Source of the DNA: an uncultured virus (IMG/VR IMGVR_UViG_3300025276_000002)
Taxonomy: Duplodnaviria > Heunggongvirae > Uroviricota > Caudoviricetes
Length of the DNA stretch: 35,184 nt
Reading direction: 5' to 3' (one strand)
IMG/VR virus record: IMGVR_UViG_3300025276_000002
Shown piece after piece: positions 33,245-35,184 of this stretch (position 1 is the stretch's first letter; every line of letters starts with the position of its first letter). The translations under genes were made by a program, and so were the position numbers. Below the pieces are notes generated by a model. That model was given only the letters and a program-made list of their open reading frames with translations, made no database searches and was not told the origin of the DNA.

Positions 33245-35184
33245 TTAAGATGTAAGTAAATCCTCATAACTTCTTATGCTAGTTTTTTCCGTTGCCGTAC
33301 TTAAAGGTATAGTCCCTATAACAACACTATACGTGTAAGCCGCGCTAGCTGTACCATTATCAACTACCGTTGTGCTAAAGTTATAATAGTCCCTTGTTGT
33401 GTACTCGCCCTCTGGCGCATCATACTCGACAACCCTAGTGACAATTACATTACCAGCCTCTAAAGTAGTCGAGCCTCTTTTTACCGTGTAAGGTAGTGTA
33501 TACGTGCTTGCCCCGACAGGTGATGGTGAGTTATTGGCTATAACAGTACCACTACCGTTACTACTAATAGTAATCTCAACTTGGTTGCCTGCACTATTAT
33601 GAATCACGGATGCACTATCAGTACCTTGATTGAATTTAGTCTCAATTATTTGTCCAGCAAAAAAACTACCACTAACAAAACCAGTACCATCTTTTTTTAC
33701 AAAGAATGTCGCATTGCTATCGGTCTTGGTGCCACTTCCTGTCCATATCATATATGTTCCATCATCTTCAATCTCAGTGCGTGAGGTTGTACCTTCCGCT
33801 GTGGCAACCTTACTACCTATAACATCACCGCCAACTATGCGAGGGGCATTAATCTCTGTACCAGCTATTAATCTGTCGCCAGCAATAGTACCACTTGCAA
33901 CAATAGACCCATTCACTTGTAAAGCTACACTTACCCATGAGTTACCGTTGTACTGTCTAGCTTGTGAGTCTGTGCCATCTATACGAGTTTGCGTGAATAT
34001 ATCTAGATTAACAGGACTACGACCTACTAACGCAGAGAATCGGCTGTTAGCTGTTGATGTTGTCCATGATATTGATGAGTAAGTTGAACCGTAGAACCCA
34101 GCACCTGATTGACCATCTAAAGGGGTCCTTCCTATTAATTCTGCAATACTCGGCTCATTACCATCTATTAAATCTATTCTAGGACGAGCAAAACGCGTAT
34201 CATAGTAGTTTGCAGCTTCTCTTCGGTAAACCCTATGAAGCAAGGTTGGAGTAGAAGTATCATTTACAAATTCAGAAAAACCTTGTATCCTAGCTCCTGA
34301 TTCTGGGTCATAAACGCCTGATGTATCAGTGTTTGGTGCAGCACTCCCATTATTGCCGTGGACAATACCCACTAAAAGATACCACTTGTACCCCTCTGGT
34401 AAACCAACATCACTGTTAAAGTAGGGGTTGTTATTAGCAGATAAGTCTAGGTTCAAAGCGCCCTGACAACCAAAATATAATCGACTATCAGATTCTGACC
34501 TTCTATAAGCCCAAACAGAAAACCTATAAGATTTTGTTGGATCACCTGAAATAGTCTTAGACCAACCACCTGCTGCTGCACTTTGTGTACCTTCACTCAC
34601 CCAAACAGGTTCTACAACTCCTTCTGGACCTTCTATATTAACAACTTTATTATTAAACTCTGAGCCGTACTGTATAAACTCACCCTGAGAGCCACTAGTG
34701 CCAACCACCCATTCGTCTGCTGGGTTTATTAGGTTAGCTAAAGCATCTTTCCCATCAGCCCCGTCTTCACCTTTGATAATATATTCAGCAGGATTGGACC
34801 ACCCACTTTTGATCCAACTACCATTACTTTGCTGAGAATATCTTGTTGTTGAAATATAAGTGATATCACCTTCTACAAAATAAGGTGTGTCTTGCCATCC
34901 CGTAGGGAATGTCTCTGTTGTGCCATCGAATGTACCTCCCGTAGGGGTAGCAGGAGCACCTGTAGAAGAAGTTATAAATATATTACTTACAAAACTACCA
35001 TCTAAGCCATCAAAATAATCCACACCTTTAACAGGGGTTTCTCCATCACTTATGGTAACAACATCACCAGCACCGTTGTTAATAGTGTAAGTACCATCAC
35101 CATTATCTGTTATCGTAGGGATAGGTGCATTTTCACCATCATATATTGTGGCTTCTTCTGTACCATTAGAAATAGTTACCGATC
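33245..35184 (-). CDS. central tail fibre / host-specificity protein, C-terminal part (frame open to the window edge)
   Basis: GxDGxDG linkers, V.GSIVA.GTI.GD motif, carbohydrate-binding-like insert; frame upstream of 35023 has no stop. Confidence 0.85.
   Translation of the reverse strand, partial: SVTISNGTEEATIYDGENAPIPTITDNGDGTYTINNGAGDVVTISDGETPVKGVDYFDGLDGSFVSNIFITSSTGAPATPTGGTFDGTTETFPTGWQDTPYFVEGDITYISTTRYSQQSNGSWIKSGWSNPAEYIIKGEDGADGKDALANLINPADEWVVGTSGSQGEFIQYGSEFNNKVVNIEGPEGVVEPVWVSEGTQSAAAGGWSKTISGDPTKSYRFSVWAYRRSESDSRLYFGCQGALNLDLSANNNPYFNSDVGLPEGYKWYLLVGIVHGNNGSAAPNTDTSGVYDPESGARIQGFSEFVNDTSTPTLLHRVYRREAANYYDTRFARPRIDLIDGNEPSIAELIGRTPLDGQSGAGFYGSTYSSISWTTSTANSRFSALVGRSPVNLDIFTQTRIDGTDSQARQYNGNSWVSVALQVNGSIVASGTIAGDRLIAGTEINAPRIVGGDVIGSKVATAEGTTSRTEIEDDGTYMIWTGSGTKTDSNATFFVKKDGTGFVSGSFFAGQIIETKFNQGTDSASVIHNSAGNQVEITISSNGSGTVIANNSPSPVGASTYTLPYTVKRGSTTLEAGNVIVTRVVEYDAPEGEYTTRDYYNFSTTVVDNGTASAAYTYSVVIGTIPLSTATEKTSIRSYEDLLTS

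Noticed and set aside
7765..34082. Antisense or alternate-frame ORFs in the track (e.g. 7765-8043, 8625-8858, 17101-17421, 22442-22852, 23510-23770, 32230-32595, 33630-34082)
   Set aside because: They shadow well-supported genes or the tRNA and lack an RBS or recognisable motifs.

Overview
Window from a large AT-rich tailed phage of a gammaproteobacterium, probably a marine Vibrionales or Alteromonadales host (inferred from the Vibrio-type ThyA and the Fur- and Dam-type sites). It has three zones. (1) About 1.1-13.5 kb is an early/host-takeover region of small, mostly leftward genes, many with their own sigma70 promoter. It includes peptide deformylase, an Ocr-like acidic DNA mimic, a lone tRNA-Arg(UCU) and candidate ncRNAs. 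(2) About 13.5-27.8 kb is a rightward block: KTSC protein, metallophosphoesterase, HNH-AP2 and GIY-YIG endonucleases, a SLOG/DprA-like protein, an Srd-like protein, ThyA, DHFR, a HAD phosphatase, an SMC-like ATPase and a SleB-like hydrolase. (3) About 27.85-35.2 kb is a leftward late block: tail fibre genes, holin-like protein, SAR-type lysozyme and u-spanin-like lipoprotein. The most striking signal is non-coding. The early region is built twice on one plan: a ~96-bp two-armed element resembling strong gyrase sites, then promoter-gene cassettes, then another such element, a dense Fur-box array and a conserved ~65-bp end motif (modules about 1467-3763 and 6421-13447). Several promoters carry GATC in their core. 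Also found: an unannotated HEXXH lipoprotein gene with an internal UGA between the tail fibre genes, a G3:U70 pair in the tRNA-Arg, and two homopolymer frameshifts. All homology calls are by-eye recognition, not database results.
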